Of a stretch of DNA of 64,000 nt, positions 40,615-51,259 are shown in pieces. How positions within the stretch are numbered: the stretch's first letter is position 1; each line of letters opens with the position of its first letter. The notes beneath the pieces are model-generated. The model searched no databases. It was not told the DNA's origin and was given only the letters and a program-made list of their open reading frames with translations. Position numbers and translations under genes: made by a program. The stretch is from Methanoregula sp. (GTDB taxonomy: Archaea; Halobacteriota; Methanomicrobia; Methanomicrobiales; Methanospirillaceae), in assembly GCA_039698055.1 (NCBI GenBank), contig JBDKTL010000043.1:1-64000 (forward strand), written 5' to 3'.

Positions 40615-41892
40615 TCACCCGACCGGGTTTTCTACCCGGCCCATGAAAAGAATAGTTCCCTGTTCGTTGTCCCTGATGAGGAAGATGAAGGGGTGATCTG
40701 CCAAAAATACCGGGATGGGATCTTCTGAGGAGGGAGCACCTTTCCCCAGCATCACAACAGCGGTCGCTGCGGAAGCCTCGGTGCCTTCTTCATCCACATC
40801 CACGTACGCCTGGTGAATAATTTTTTCGATATAGAGATATTGCGTTCCATCCATACCGGAGAAATCCGCATCACCGCCAAATGCGGTACGCATCCCCAGC
40901 TCCTCAAATGTCGGGCGCAGCGAGTATTTTGTTTCAAGGGTAAACTTCGGCAGGTAAACATTCACGCGCCGGGACACAGAGGAGTTTTGTAATGCCGAAA
41001 GATTGTGGGGTTCAAGATACGTCTCTGCCGCTGCAAGGTCATCGTTTGTGGGGAGCAGGATAAGCATGGACAGCCCGGACCCGTTTTCCTGTTCGTAAGG
41101 TATGCTGAGAAGCTGGACATTCCCGGTCTGGGCGTACGGGTATATGGCATCCGCATAGGTTCTCTCCATCATAATGACCGGAACGCTTTTCCCGGAAGAG
41201 AGCCGGAAATCTGCTTCCCGGGTTTTATTCTTATCAAACTGCCGGGCCCACGTACCCTTGAAGTAAACAGCATTTGTTATTACCAGCCGGGTCAACGGGG
41301 TAATTGACCCTGCGGGCAGCAAATCCTGAATGGTATCGTGGGTTTTTTCTCCCACCCACTGGTTGATGGTGGTCCGCGAAGCATCCGGTTCATTGATGAA
41401 ATCAAGGTTCGTTGTGTTAGCGGAATAATAGGTCCGGGCTGTACTGATATATCCGGGAAGAAACGGGTACGACTTTTCTGCAAAGAGTGCGTTTGCCGTA
41501 AGCAGGGTAAAGTTGGCATTTTCACGGTTTGTGTCCGCATTGAGCGTAAAGTATCCCTGCCTGAGAAGGGAGGTATTCCCCGGGAAGTGGAAAACGGACC
41601 GGATTTCATCTGCGGTACTCCCCCGGGCACCCTCGTACGCTACCGCAAGTGCTGACGATAGGGAGAACGGCGACAGGAAGATATTGGCTCCCGCATACGC
41701 CTTATCATGCGCCATCTGTGAATACAGGTCGTATGCGAACCGGTTGTTTGCTTCAACGACGCCGGTTCCGCTGTCAGAAGAGGGACTGTCAGCAGGTAGT
41801 TGTGCCGGTATCGTCCCGGTACATCCTGCAAGAACCACGCCGATAACGACCAGTGCCGCAAGGGCACCTATGGCAATTGTTTTTGCTGCCAT
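40615..41892 (-). CDS. Serpin (serine protease inhibitor) with lipoprotein-type signal
   Basis: VLAGC lipobox; NIFLSPFS, NAVYFKGTW, hinge EEGTEASAAT, ADHPFIFLI. Confidence 0.93.
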   Translation of the reverse strand: MAAKTIAIGALAALVVIGVVLAGCTGTIPAQLPADSPSSDSGTGVVEANNRFAYDLYSQMAHDKAYAGANIFLSPFSLSSALAVAYEGARGSTADEIRSVFHFPGNTSLLRQGYFTLNADTNRENANFTLLTANALFAEKSYPFLPGYISTARTYYSANTTNLDFINEPDASRTTINQWVGEKTHDTIQDLLPAGSITPLTRLVITNAVYFKGTWARQFDKNKTREADFRLSSGKSVPVIMMERTYADAIYPYAQTGNVQLLSIPYEQENGSGLSMLILLPTNDDLAAAETYLEPHNLSALQNSSVSRRVNVYLPKFTLETKYSLRPTFEELGMRTAFGGDADFSGMDGTQYLYIEKIIHQAYVDVDEEGTEASAATAVVMLGKGAPSSEDPIPVFLADHPFIFLIRDNEQGTILFMGRVENPVG

Positions 41893-42300
41893 GGCTGAAC
41901 CTTTGCCCGCAGGCAGGTTAAATCTGGCGTTAGGTGCGGTTTTTTTCACAGTTATTGCGCGATGATCGGGTTCACGCGTTTTTCATGGAATATATTTTTT
42001 TAACCAGGCATTATCCTCACCACCCTGATAATCAGGACATTTCCCGATCATTAACAAGATTAAATGGTCTATTTCGCTTAATCCGGGAAAAACCATCTTA
42101 CCTCATGGGGAAGCTCTCCCCCTGTATACCGTGAACGATGGCGGAGAACGAAAACGAAAGGGGGAATAACCTGTTTGAATGCACACAAAGACTCAAAAGG
42201 GAAATCGGGTGCGGGCTCGCTATCGCAAGTCTTCCTTGCCGCGATGGGTGCTATGCTTATGGTTTCAGGATTATAAAAAAAGAAAAAAGTAGGAGTGCAT

Positions 42301-42513
42301 ATGTCCAGAAAGACTGCCGCGACAGCCCCGTTTACCTGCCCCAAATGCGACCATACTGAGGAAAAATTCCAGAATACCTGTCCTGCATGCGGGCGTCCCT
42401 ACGTCCGCGATTACATCGATACCCAGATGCATCCCCGGGATCCTAACCCCCGGGAATTATTATTGGATCGCTCGTGTGCAACGTTTATTATCGCGAGGGA
42501 GTGGGTGCAATGA
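42301..42513 (+). CDS. Small zinc-ribbon protein
   Basis: CPKC...CPACG; preceded by AGGAG. Confidence 0.55.
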   Translation: MSRKTAATAPFTCPKCDHTEEKFQNTCPACGRPYVRDYIDTQMHPRDPNPRELLLDRSCATFIIAREWVQ

Positions 42514-43541
42514 ACCAGTATCGTTTTCCCGGGTGGTTCATCATCCCGGGATGTTTCCTGATATTTTTGGCGCTCACCGGATCCGTCCATGCTACACCTT
42601 CGGTTGACCTTACCCTCACACCTTCGCATATTCCGCCGTTCTCAACGAACCAGCCTCCCGTCTATGCCTTTGGAGAACCCGTTGTCGTGAAGGTCAGTCT
42701 TACCAATCAGGGATCTGATCCTATCACCGTTATGGGCTCTCCTCCCAGGATGGGAATCAATCACCGGAACCAGACCGATTTCCTGATCTTCCAGCGATCC
42801 ACCGGTACTGCTGCAATCGGGCCGGGACGCACCCTTGTATTCGATTTTACCTGGGACCAGAAAGATGCACAGGGATTGCAGGTTGATTCCGGGCTCTATA
42901 CCGTAGGAGTATATTATTTACTTTCGAAAAATACTGCCGGGGACTGGGACATCTCCCACGCGGACCCGTATACCCGGACCGTCGATATTATTGTCCTGCC
43001 AAAAGCCGGTGCATTGACAACAGATATTCCGGTCAACCAGTCACAGGTTATGGATAATGTATCCGTAATCCTCGAATCAATCCATGTCACCAATACTACA
43101 GGACAGGTAAATTTCACGGTTCAGGTGCCGGAAGATATCCAGTACCGGACTCATCCTGCCGGATGGAAAATGTGTTACCTGGATTTCATATCCATTGAAG
43201 CGCAGTATTCCATCGATCACGATTCCCCCCGGGAATTTTATTACCGCGGCCAGAATTGCGATCCTCCCCACACGTTCCGGTCGATGTATGAGATGGACCC
43301 GATCCCGGCAGATGCTCATGAGATGGAGATCAATCTCACCGCATCCGGTTCTCACCGGGGATCGTGGATCTTTCACGTGAACCTGACACCAACTTCACCT
43401 GTGCCGGGCAACGCTGCAGGCTCATCACGTCCAACGTCGCCATCACAACCAACACCACTCTCATCCTTTCTCGTGACCATTTCTCTATGCTGCAGTGCGG
43501 CGGGATATGCTCTCATCAGGATGAAACGGGAGCGATCGTGA
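42510..43541 (+). CDS. Secreted/surface protein with C-terminal Pro-rich linker, TM and basic tail
   Basis: Signal peptide, Ig-like FTWDQKD..G, QPTPLS-TM-RMKRERS. Confidence 0.7.
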   Translation: MNQYRFPGWFIIPGCFLIFLALTGSVHATPSVDLTLTPSHIPPFSTNQPPVYAFGEPVVVKVSLTNQGSDPITVMGSPPRMGINHRNQTDFLIFQRSTGTAAIGPGRTLVFDFTWDQKDAQGLQVDSGLYTVGVYYLLSKNTAGDWDISHADPYTRTVDIIVLPKAGALTTDIPVNQSQVMDNVSVILESIHVTNTTGQVNFTVQVPEDIQYRTHPAGWKMCYLDFISIEAQYSIDHDSPREFYYRGQNCDPPHTFRSMYEMDPIPADAHEMEINLTASGSHRGSWIFHVNLTPTSPVPGNAAGSSRPTSPSQPTPLSSFLVTISLCCSAAGYALIRMKRERS

Positions 43542-44362
43542 TGAACAATCCCAGGAATGAGAATAATCTTACATGGATCGTGGCTGGTATAGGCATTATT
43601 ATTTTGATCATTCTCTCATACGCCACGATGGTTATGTGGGATCTGGCTCACCCTGTTCCAAAAAATCCTGATAGCGCGATCAACCTGACCCCACCCGATT
43701 TTTCTGCACGGGAGATTCAGCCGGATCAATCTCCCTGGATTCGTATCGATCCTATCGGGGATGCGTATCGTGGCGATGCGATTACAATCTCCGGTACAAC
43801 CAGCGATCCTGGGGGCAACATGATTCGGGTCGTGATTGCTGCACCGGGTACTGCCCGGCAGCGTACCTGGGCTGGAAACACGGTTGCTGCTACACCGGAA
43901 CCCGGCGGTCGGAACCGGTGGTCGTTTGTCTTCGATTCGACTTCGTTTAACACGTCAGGAAACGTGGTTACGGCCTGTATCGAAAACACATCGGCGGACA
44001 TGTGTGCGTCACGACAATTCAACCTTAATGAACCGTTACACCTCGCGGTTACACCCGCAGGTTGCTGGCAAAGGATAGACCCCGTCACTGATCATGGATC
44101 TGGCGAGGTGTTTACCATAAACGGGACAACCAACTGCAGACCGGGTGACAGGATCACCGTAGAAATTGTCTCTGTCTCTTCAGGGAAATCCACCCGGGAC
44201 TACAGCAATGGTGATGTAGAGGTCAGGCAACTTTCCACGAGTACGTATGGCTGGTCGGTTACTATCGATTCCTCAGCATTTGGTCCGGGGCTAAAAACGG
44301 TAACTGCCTGCGGAGTTGGGATTTGCGGATTCCAGACATTCAGTATTACCGATCGCTCGTGA
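43541..44362 (+). CDS. Membrane-anchored surface protein with two Ig-like repeats
   Basis: TM, then two 'W.RIDP..D...G..(F/I)TI.GTT' repeats. Confidence 0.7.
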   Translation: MNNPRNENNLTWIVAGIGIIILIILSYATMVMWDLAHPVPKNPDSAINLTPPDFSAREIQPDQSPWIRIDPIGDAYRGDAITISGTTSDPGGNMIRVVIAAPGTARQRTWAGNTVAATPEPGGRNRWSFVFDSTSFNTSGNVVTACIENTSADMCASRQFNLNEPLHLAVTPAGCWQRIDPVTDHGSGEVFTINGTTNCRPGDRITVEIVSVSSGKSTRDYSNGDVEVRQLSTSTYGWSVTIDSSAFGPGLKTVTACGVGICGFQTFSITDRS

Positions 44363-44547
44363 TGATGAATCATGATCCAAGCGGATGTTGCCAAATTCCA
44401 AAAACGTTATCAGGAGAGGAATTATGAACATCATTGGTGCAGGTGTAATCACACCGGTGGTGTTCCTGATGCCAATCGGATGCACGCGAATACTTGCCTG
44501 CGGGTCAATGGAGAAATGGGAAATGAACGAAGAGACTCGGTGAAATC

Positions 44548-45549
44548 GTGGAATATATTACGCACACAAGAAGTATCCGCCTGTTCGCGCTTGCCGTAAT
44601 CATCGGAATCGCGTGTCTTGGTTCAATAACGTGGATAAAACAGGTTGTCAACCACGAGTTTTTCTGGTGCGGGATTCACGGGATATTTGTCGAGTTTGGT
44701 TTTTTTATCGCGTATGTGCTGGCAATAATCCTGGCAGGTTTCATCGCGTCGCTGATATTCCGGAAATATACCAAATCCCGTAAGGATCTTCTGGTGATAA
44801 GTGCCTGCTCGGGCTGCGTGACAGGAATCTTCTATCTCCTTGGCATGTTGTTCCTGAGCGTCGTCTATGAATACCAGCTTGGGCATTATATCGCCAGTAC
44901 AACTGTTGTGGATATCATTCCCCTGACATTTATGCATTTTTTCTGGAGCGGGCCCTTTATGCTCCTGATACTTCTTGCAATCGTGGGTTTGGGAATCACA
45001 GGGTCTCTGGTTTTTTCATACTGCGATCGCACTCCGGAAGATAGCCTGGCAGGTACGAAAACCCCGGGAAAAAAACCAGTGCGCGTCAGAATTGTGATTG
45101 TTGTGTTTATCGCAGCGATCCTGATGAGTATTATCCTTCCCCTTGGCGGGGGTATCGTGGCTGTCAGATCAGGAACGATTCCGTACTCGTTCTGTGCCCC
45201 CCCAAATCCCGTTTCCATGAAGGTAACAAGATCAGACAATTCGACGATCACCCTGCAACTCTCCCTGGATTATGGTGGCCATACAAGGGACCGCTCGATT
45301 CCCATTATATCCCAACCGTTGCAGATCATGGTTGATGACCGGGATTTCCAAAACCAGTCCATTATCCGCCAGCAGGGACTGCCCGATACTATCAATCCAC
45401 CTGAAGGGATCACACAGTACACCGACGGGTTGTCTGTGACCATCAGCGGACCGGATCTTGTCCGGAATGAATCCCTCGGACGCCATGTCTATGTCATCAG
45501 TTATTATGATCAGGATAATCCGTGGGTTGTTGTCGATACGGAGGTGTGA
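44548..45549 (+). CDS. Hypothetical membrane protein with C-terminal extracellular domain
   Basis: 5 TM followed by a soluble domain. Confidence 0.6.
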   Translation: MEYITHTRSIRLFALAVIIGIACLGSITWIKQVVNHEFFWCGIHGIFVEFGFFIAYVLAIILAGFIASLIFRKYTKSRKDLLVISACSGCVTGIFYLLGMLFLSVVYEYQLGHYIASTTVVDIIPLTFMHFFWSGPFMLLILLAIVGLGITGSLVFSYCDRTPEDSLAGTKTPGKKPVRVRIVIVVFIAAILMSIILPLGGGIVAVRSGTIPYSFCAPPNPVSMKVTRSDNSTITLQLSLDYGGHTRDRSIPIISQPLQIMVDDRDFQNQSIIRQQGLPDTINPPEGITQYTDGLSVTISGPDLVRNESLGRHVYVISYYDQDNPWVVVDTEV

Positions 45550-45642
45550 ATTTTCCTCTTTTAAGGGCGTATCTCCCGTCAGCAGTACGGGCGCACCCCG
45601 GAGTGTCACCATTATCGCAGCAACCCACCAACAGAGGAGTGA

Positions 45643-46056
45643 GTGATAATGACGAGAAAAGACGCATCCAACCTGCTTGGCATATACCTTGTGGTATTTC
45701 TCACGCTCTTGGCAGCCTCGTCCCTTTTTGTATTCACGATCAACTGGGAGGACTGGTTCTTCGGGATAAAACTTGACGGGTGGCCGGCAGGGATTTATTT
45801 GTTTTCAAAAGCAGCAGTTGCAGCACTGCTGATATTTTTCCTGGTGAAAAATGAGAGAAACCGGATCCTGTGGAGCGCCCTGTCCATATTTTTCCTTGCG
45901 TTTGTGTTCATTTTGCCGGTTTTTTCCCGCCAGCGGAACCTGAGAACCGGGCTTGGCTGGACGATATTCTGGATAGAACTTGCGCTCATGATAGTAATAC
46001 CAGTAATCCTGCTGGTCGGTTCCCTGGTGATGAACCGGATGCACCAAAAGGAGTGA
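45643..46056 (+). CDS. Hypothetical 4-TM membrane protein
   Basis: Hydrophobicity; GAGGAG upstream. Confidence 0.6.
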   Translation: MIMTRKDASNLLGIYLVVFLTLLAASSLFVFTINWEDWFFGIKLDGWPAGIYLFSKAAVAALLIFFLVKNERNRILWSALSIFFLAFVFILPVFSRQRNLRTGLGWTIFWIELALMIVIPVILLVGSLVMNRMHQKE

Positions 46057-46071
46057 ACAACCCTGAAAAAA

Positions 46072-46721
46072 ATGACGCCATCAATAATTTTCCTCGCATT
46101 GCTGCTGGGAGGTATCCTGCTGGTACCACCGGCGGGTGCAGGAATACAAGAGGCAAAACGGGTTTCCCGGAAAATGACACCGAAGGGTATCTCCCGGTCG
46201 ATGTCCTGTCGATTGATCCTGTAATTAAGAATGCAACACCCGATTACCAGTTTTTGATTTTGAGCCCCGAAGGAAAAGAAAATCGGCTGCACGATCTGGA
46301 TGCGGCGTTTGATTTCCTCTATCCCGGCGATCCGCAGAAAGATGCCCGGAAAGCCGGGCTGAAGCAGGATATGCAGGATATATGGGATAAATACCCGGTC
46401 GTTTTTGAGACAACACCGGGAGGACCGGGGTATCCCACCTATGGGGGGTCCATCGTCACGGCAAGGTTTGCACCTGCACTTCAGAATATCCGGTTGACCG
46501 GCGACGAAAATGAAGTTATCAGGAAAAGTTCGGCTATCATGAACGAAGCATATCTCCAAAAACAACCGCCTGGTTCCCCGTACGCCTCCACGAGCTCTCC
46601 GGATTCGCCGGGGATTTCCCCAACCCGTCAACCCGTACCGCTCAGTCCCCTGCTTGCGTGCGCCGCGTTTGGCTGTGCGGGATGTATCGGGGTAATGAGA
46701 AAAAAAATGTGGGAGAAATAA
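46072..46721 (+). pseudogene. Frameshifted surface protein (signal peptide out of frame with body)
   Basis: ATG 46072 gives MTPSIIFLALLLGGILLVPPAGA in one frame; body ending QPVPLS-TM-RKK is in another frame. Confidence 0.6.
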
Positions 46722-46730
46722 TCGCGCCGG

Positions 46731-47459
46731 TCAGGCCCCGACAAGATTTTTAAGGAATTCCTGCCCTTCCGGCGTCGTAAACAGCAGGGGATCCCGGTTG
46801 GTGGTGACGATGCTCCTGTTCACCACCACCGTTTTTTTTGTCTTTGGGTTATAGCCTTCTTTCTCAATTTCCGTTTTGCAGACCAGCACGCCACGGCGCT
46901 GCCATGCCGGCGTTCTTGCAAGGTTGACACCCCGCGAATGCATCATCTCGTGGAGCTCTTTTGCCGGCATGCCTTTGAGCCTGGCTGCGGCGGCAGTCGC
47001 GCTCATCCCTTCAGAGATCAGCGCCTGCTGGCAGTAGGCGTTGATATGGTTGCGCCATGCCTCATCCTGCCGGCTGATCATGTACTCAACCGCCGATGCC
47101 GGCGTTGCCTGCACAATCCGGGCATCAAACGACAGCGGTTCGCGGATGCCCAGTGCAAGAGTCAGGGCACTTGCAGCGAACGATGCCGCCACCGAATCGA
47201 TCTTCTCCACCCGCCCCGAGAACGGGAGTTGCGCCAGGTACAGGCTGATCTCATCGGAGAACGTGTACGCAAACACCGGTGAAAGCCCGCTCTCCCCCAC
47301 GAGCGCCCGGCAGACAGAGACCATCGCATCGTTGAACCGGTCATCAAAGGGCTTTTCAAACGCAAGGACTTTGGTCAGCCGGTGAAATGCCCGGCCATCC
47401 AGCCGGACAAAAACCGGGGGGATCGTGGTTATATTTGAAAAAATTTCCCGGTTTTCCAT
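46731..47459 (-). CDS. thg1: tRNA(His) guanylyltransferase / Thg1-like protein
   Basis: RLDGRAFH, YTFSDEIS, FDAR, RQDEAWRN, WQRRG. Confidence 0.92.
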   Translation of the reverse strand: MENREIFSNITTIPPVFVRLDGRAFHRLTKVLAFEKPFDDRFNDAMVSVCRALVGESGLSPVFAYTFSDEISLYLAQLPFSGRVEKIDSVAASFAASALTLALGIREPLSFDARIVQATPASAVEYMISRQDEAWRNHINAYCQQALISEGMSATAAAARLKGMPAKELHEMMHSRGVNLARTPAWQRRGVLVCKTEIEKEGYNPKTKKTVVVNRSIVTTNRDPLLFTTPEGQEFLKNLVGA

Positions 47460-47528
47460 ATCAGGATCCTTGAACGGGAGAAAAGAAAAACCGCGTGGGC
47501 TCCCGCACCACGCTTATACTGTATTGAT

Positions 47529-47798
47529 TTACTGATCTTCGAATGAGCCGCCCTGGGCAAATGCACCCGGGAGATGACGGATAAGAACGATATCGTCGAT
47601 AGCGCTGATGATCCGGTAGGGGATCTTCAATCCCTTGTAGTTCTTGAGCTCGAAAAGCTGGTCGTTGACCTTGCCGACAACAACTGAATCAATCTTCTTA
47701 GCTTCTACGTCTATGACTACATCTTCGACTTCACCGATGAACATTCCCTTGTCCGTGTAAATCTGCAGCCCGAATAAATCTGTAATCTGGGTTTCCAT
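47529..47798 (-). CDS. PRC-barrel protein (CdpB-like)
   Basis: IYTDKGMFIGEVEDVVID, IPYRIISAIDDIVLI. Confidence 0.85.
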   Translation of the reverse strand: METQITDLFGLQIYTDKGMFIGEVEDVVIDVEAKKIDSVVVGKVNDQLFELKNYKGLKIPYRIISAIDDIVLIRHLPGAFAQGGSFEDQ

Positions 47799-47850
47799 CG
47801 TTATCAGATGAAAGTATATACCATATGGGTTAAAAAGATAACCTTACTTT

Positions 47851-48984
47851 ATGGACGGGTCATTTCGGATCGGACGGATATTTGGCATTCCCATCTTTAT
47901 TCATTATACATTCCTGCTCGTAATCCCGCTGTTCGCCTGGATTATCGGCAGCCAGATCGCGCTGACAACGGATATGCTCAAAGATCTCTTCGCGATACCG
48001 ATCGACACGAGCGGCATCACGTCGGGATACATGCCCTGGGTGCTGGGAACCGTCGTTGCATTCGGGCTTTTTTTCGGCGTGCTTGTCCACGAGCTCGCCC
48101 ATTCTCTTGTCGCCCGGACAAAGGGCCTTAAGATGCAGAGCATCACGCTCCTGATGTTTGGCGGCGTCGCCCAGATGGACGAGGGCGTCCCTGACCCGAA
48201 AGTCGAACTGCCCATGGCACTCGCCGGGCCGATCATGAGCCTGATCTTCGGCGTCATCTGCTGCGGGCTTGTCTATGTTGTCCCGCAGATGACCGCCGAC
48301 CCGGCAACTGCCGGCATCCTGATCTTTGTCTTTGGCTATCTTGGCGTGCTCAACATCATCCTGTTTGCCTTCAACCTGCTGCCGGCGTTCCCCATGGACG
48401 GCGGCAGGGTGCTGAGGGCGATCCTTGCAAAACGGATGCCACTGCACCGGGCAACCCGTATCGCGGCAAATGTCGGCAGGGGATTTGCGATCATTTTTGG
48501 TCTTGTCGGCCTGTTCTTCTTCTCGCCGTTCTTAATCCTGATCGCGCTCTTCATCTACATCGGTGCGAGCATGGAATCAACGGCGGTCCAGTATAATTTC
48601 CTCCTGCAGGATATCACGGTGGGGAGCATGATGAGTTCCCCGGTAATCACCGTCCCCTCAAACCTCCCGCTCGCAAAGATCGTCGAGTTAATGTATTCGA
48701 GCAAGCATCTCGGGTTCCCGGTGATCGAGCGGGATTCGCTGGTTGGCATGGTCACGCTCGTAGACGTTAACCGGACGTCACCCATAGACCGGGACGCGAT
48801 GCAGGTAAAAGATATCATGAGCCGTGACCCGATCACCCTTCCCCCCACGGCGCCGCTGGTGGACGCGCTGCGGATAATGTCGGTAAGAAATATCGGCAGG
48901 ATACCGGTTGTCCAGGACGACAGGATTGTCGGTATCGTGACCCGCACCGATATCCTGAAAGTGACCGAATTAAAAAAGATCTGA
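47851..48984 (+). CDS. Site-2 (M50) zinc metalloprotease with tandem CBS domains
   Basis: HELAH, NLLPAFPMDGG, CBS pair. Confidence 0.93.
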   Translation: MDGSFRIGRIFGIPIFIHYTFLLVIPLFAWIIGSQIALTTDMLKDLFAIPIDTSGITSGYMPWVLGTVVAFGLFFGVLVHELAHSLVARTKGLKMQSITLLMFGGVAQMDEGVPDPKVELPMALAGPIMSLIFGVICCGLVYVVPQMTADPATAGILIFVFGYLGVLNIILFAFNLLPAFPMDGGRVLRAILAKRMPLHRATRIAANVGRGFAIIFGLVGLFFFSPFLILIALFIYIGASMESTAVQYNFLLQDITVGSMMSSPVITVPSNLPLAKIVELMYSSKHLGFPVIERDSLVGMVTLVDVNRTSPIDRDAMQVKDIMSRDPITLPPTAPLVDALRIMSVRNIGRIPVVQDDRIVGIVTRTDILKVTELKKI

Positions 48985-48990
48985 TCTTTT

Positions 48991-50649
48991 TTACCGGTTC
49001 ATCTCACGAAAATCCATCACCGGATCGATTGCCGATTTCCCCGCCACGTTCCGGTATGCCGCGATATCCTTAAACGGCCGTTTTGCGATCACCGCCGCCA
49101 CTTTTTTCTTCCCGATGCCCGGAAGCCACCGGAGTGCGGATGCCGGGAGCGTGTTGATTGCCACCGGCACCGGCAATGCGGTGATGGATCGCATGCCCCA
49201 GTCCACCACCACGGCGTCGATCACCGTGTGGATCGGGAGATTCAAGGGTATGCCGACAAGGATCGGGTATGAACCCGGCTGCCGGCCAAAGGAGAGTTCA
49301 CCGGAGACCTCGACCCGCACATCGCAAAGCACCGTCCCCACCGGGAACACCCGCTGGAGCATCGGGAAGTCGATCTTCTGCCGGACAAATTCCTTGAACT
49401 CTTTGAACCGCCGGTCATGCTTCCCGAGCGTGTTGTTCGTGTACGCGGGGGTTCCCTCAAACGGCATCACCTGCCGGATATTCACGCGCCGGACAAGGAG
49501 CCCTGCGTCGAGCACTTTTTTGAGGAACAGCTCATTTTTCCCGTACGTGGCGTCCGTCTCGCCTGCCAGACCGCAGACAAAATTCAGGCCCGGCAGCAGT
49601 TCGGGAATCCCGTCCTTTCGTATCCCGCCCAGTTCGTTGACGATTTCAATTGCCCGGAACACCTCGTCTGCCTGCGCTTTGAGATTGTTCGCCACCACAA
49701 CGGCAGGATCGGCGGTCTCCATGCCAAACGCGGCAACGTCGCCGGGCGTGTGGTGCCGTATGATCGCCGCGAGCGCTTCACGGCTTTTTTCTTCGTGGTG
49801 TGCAATCGTTGCCGGGTTCGTGTTGTCGATGTGGAGCGTCTTTAGATCCGGCGCGGCGGATCGGATTTGGGAAAAAAGTTGTTCCAGCAAATCCGGGCGG
49901 GGTGCCGGGAACTCGCCTGCTCCGGCGCCATATGCAAGGATGTCCGGCTGCCGGCCGACCCGGAAGTGCCGGGCGCCATGACCATACAGTGCTGCAACTT
50001 CCGCAACGATACCCCCGATACTCCGGTATTTCGGCAGGCCATAGAACGGTTCCGTGCAGAACGAGCAGCCACCGGTTGCCCCGTGCGAACAGCCCCGTGC
50101 GGTCTCCAGTTCGCACATCACGTACGGGTAATCGGGGTGCTGCGTAATGATCCCGCTGCCCCGGATACTCCACGGATCGGTGCGGGCGTAGTCGAGCACC
50201 CCCACCGGTTCGTTCCCCGTGAGATATTCATCGAGCGCGATGGCCGGCTCTCCCACAAGGAGTGCATCAAACCCGGAGATCTCCTGCCGCCGGGCTTTTG
50301 TCCCGCCCTCATGCGCATACCCGAAACCGATGGGCCCGCCGACCAGTTTTTTTGGCCCCCGTATCATGTGGCCGGTCTGCTGGATCTCGGTGAGCGTGGC
50401 AGGAGTCCCCCCGAGATATTTGCCCGGCACCGTAACCCCCGCAATCATGACGAGCAGGTCAGCCCGGGACATCTCGTTGATCCATTTTGTATCGGTGCGG
50501 AGCTGGTCGATGGTGAGATAACGGGCGGTAAACCCGTGGGCGGCAAGCGCTCCTGCCACCGTCCGTATGTAGGGCGAAACGTAGGGCGGGACGCCGAGAC
50601 ACGCGGGTTCGTCCACGTACCCGTCAAGGATGAAAGCGTCAGCAGGCAT
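48991..50649 (-). CDS. Radical SAM protein with C-terminal TRAM-like and HhH motifs
   Basis: RGCSHGATGGCSFC (Cx7Cx2C), LPGIGKK. Confidence 0.85.
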   Translation of the reverse strand: MPADAFILDGYVDEPACLGVPPYVSPYIRTVAGALAAHGFTARYLTIDQLRTDTKWINEMSRADLLVMIAGVTVPGKYLGGTPATLTEIQQTGHMIRGPKKLVGGPIGFGYAHEGGTKARRQEISGFDALLVGEPAIALDEYLTGNEPVGVLDYARTDPWSIRGSGIITQHPDYPYVMCELETARGCSHGATGGCSFCTEPFYGLPKYRSIGGIVAEVAALYGHGARHFRVGRQPDILAYGAGAGEFPAPRPDLLEQLFSQIRSAAPDLKTLHIDNTNPATIAHHEEKSREALAAIIRHHTPGDVAAFGMETADPAVVVANNLKAQADEVFRAIEIVNELGGIRKDGIPELLPGLNFVCGLAGETDATYGKNELFLKKVLDAGLLVRRVNIRQVMPFEGTPAYTNNTLGKHDRRFKEFKEFVRQKIDFPMLQRVFPVGTVLCDVRVEVSGELSFGRQPGSYPILVGIPLNLPIHTVIDAVVVDWGMRSITALPVPVAINTLPASALRWLPGIGKKKVAAVIAKRPFKDIAAYRNVAGKSAIDPVMDFREMNR

Positions 50650-51259
50650 AGCCGATCAGCGCGAGAAGTTTTCGCGCCCAGAACAGTTTTCCCCGTTTGA
50701 GCGGGTCCACGTTTTTGTCATCGAGATCAAAGCCGGCAAACTTGACCATCCGGGCGCCCAGCGCATCGGCGGCAAAGACGGCCCGGTCACCATCCGTGAA
50801 CCCGCCAAAATTGTGGACGTGCGGGAGCGGGGTGCCCTGGGTTGTCGCAACCACCGGGCCTTTGAATCTCGGGACCCAGTGCCGGAGGAGCGGCATATTG
50901 TCGCCATGCGCATGGACGACCACGATAGTTCCTGCATCGTTCATGTCGAGAAGCTGGTCGGTGGCGCCATCCAGATCGGTAAAGACCGCGTCCGGGCGGA
51001 TGCCGTTTTCCGCGAGCACATCGGCAGCCGCATCGGCAGCAAAGACCACTCCGCTGACCCGGCCCAGCTCTTTTTTCAGGCAGGGAGCGTTGCCGCAGAC
51101 CGTAACATCGCTGCCCCGGGTGAGGGATTCCAGCAAGGAAAGGTCGTCGCGGGTGACCAGCGTGGCGAGCAGCCGTGCTGCGGTTTCGTCATCTTCCCGC
51201 GAGAACCCGAAATACTCAAGGATCTCGCGGTAGTGCGGCTCCCACCATTCAAAGTTCAT
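50639..51259 (-). CDS. mptE: 6-hydroxymethyl-7,8-dihydropterin pyrophosphokinase (MptE-like)
   Basis: TDLDG, HAHGDN, NFGGFTDGDRA. Confidence 0.85.
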   Translation of the reverse strand: MNFEWWEPHYREILEYFGFSREDDETAARLLATLVTRDDLSLLESLTRGSDVTVCGNAPCLKKELGRVSGVVFAADAAADVLAENGIRPDAVFTDLDGATDQLLDMNDAGTIVVVHAHGDNMPLLRHWVPRFKGPVVATTQGTPLPHVHNFGGFTDGDRAVFAADALGARMVKFAGFDLDDKNVDPLKRGKLFWARKLLALIGYAC

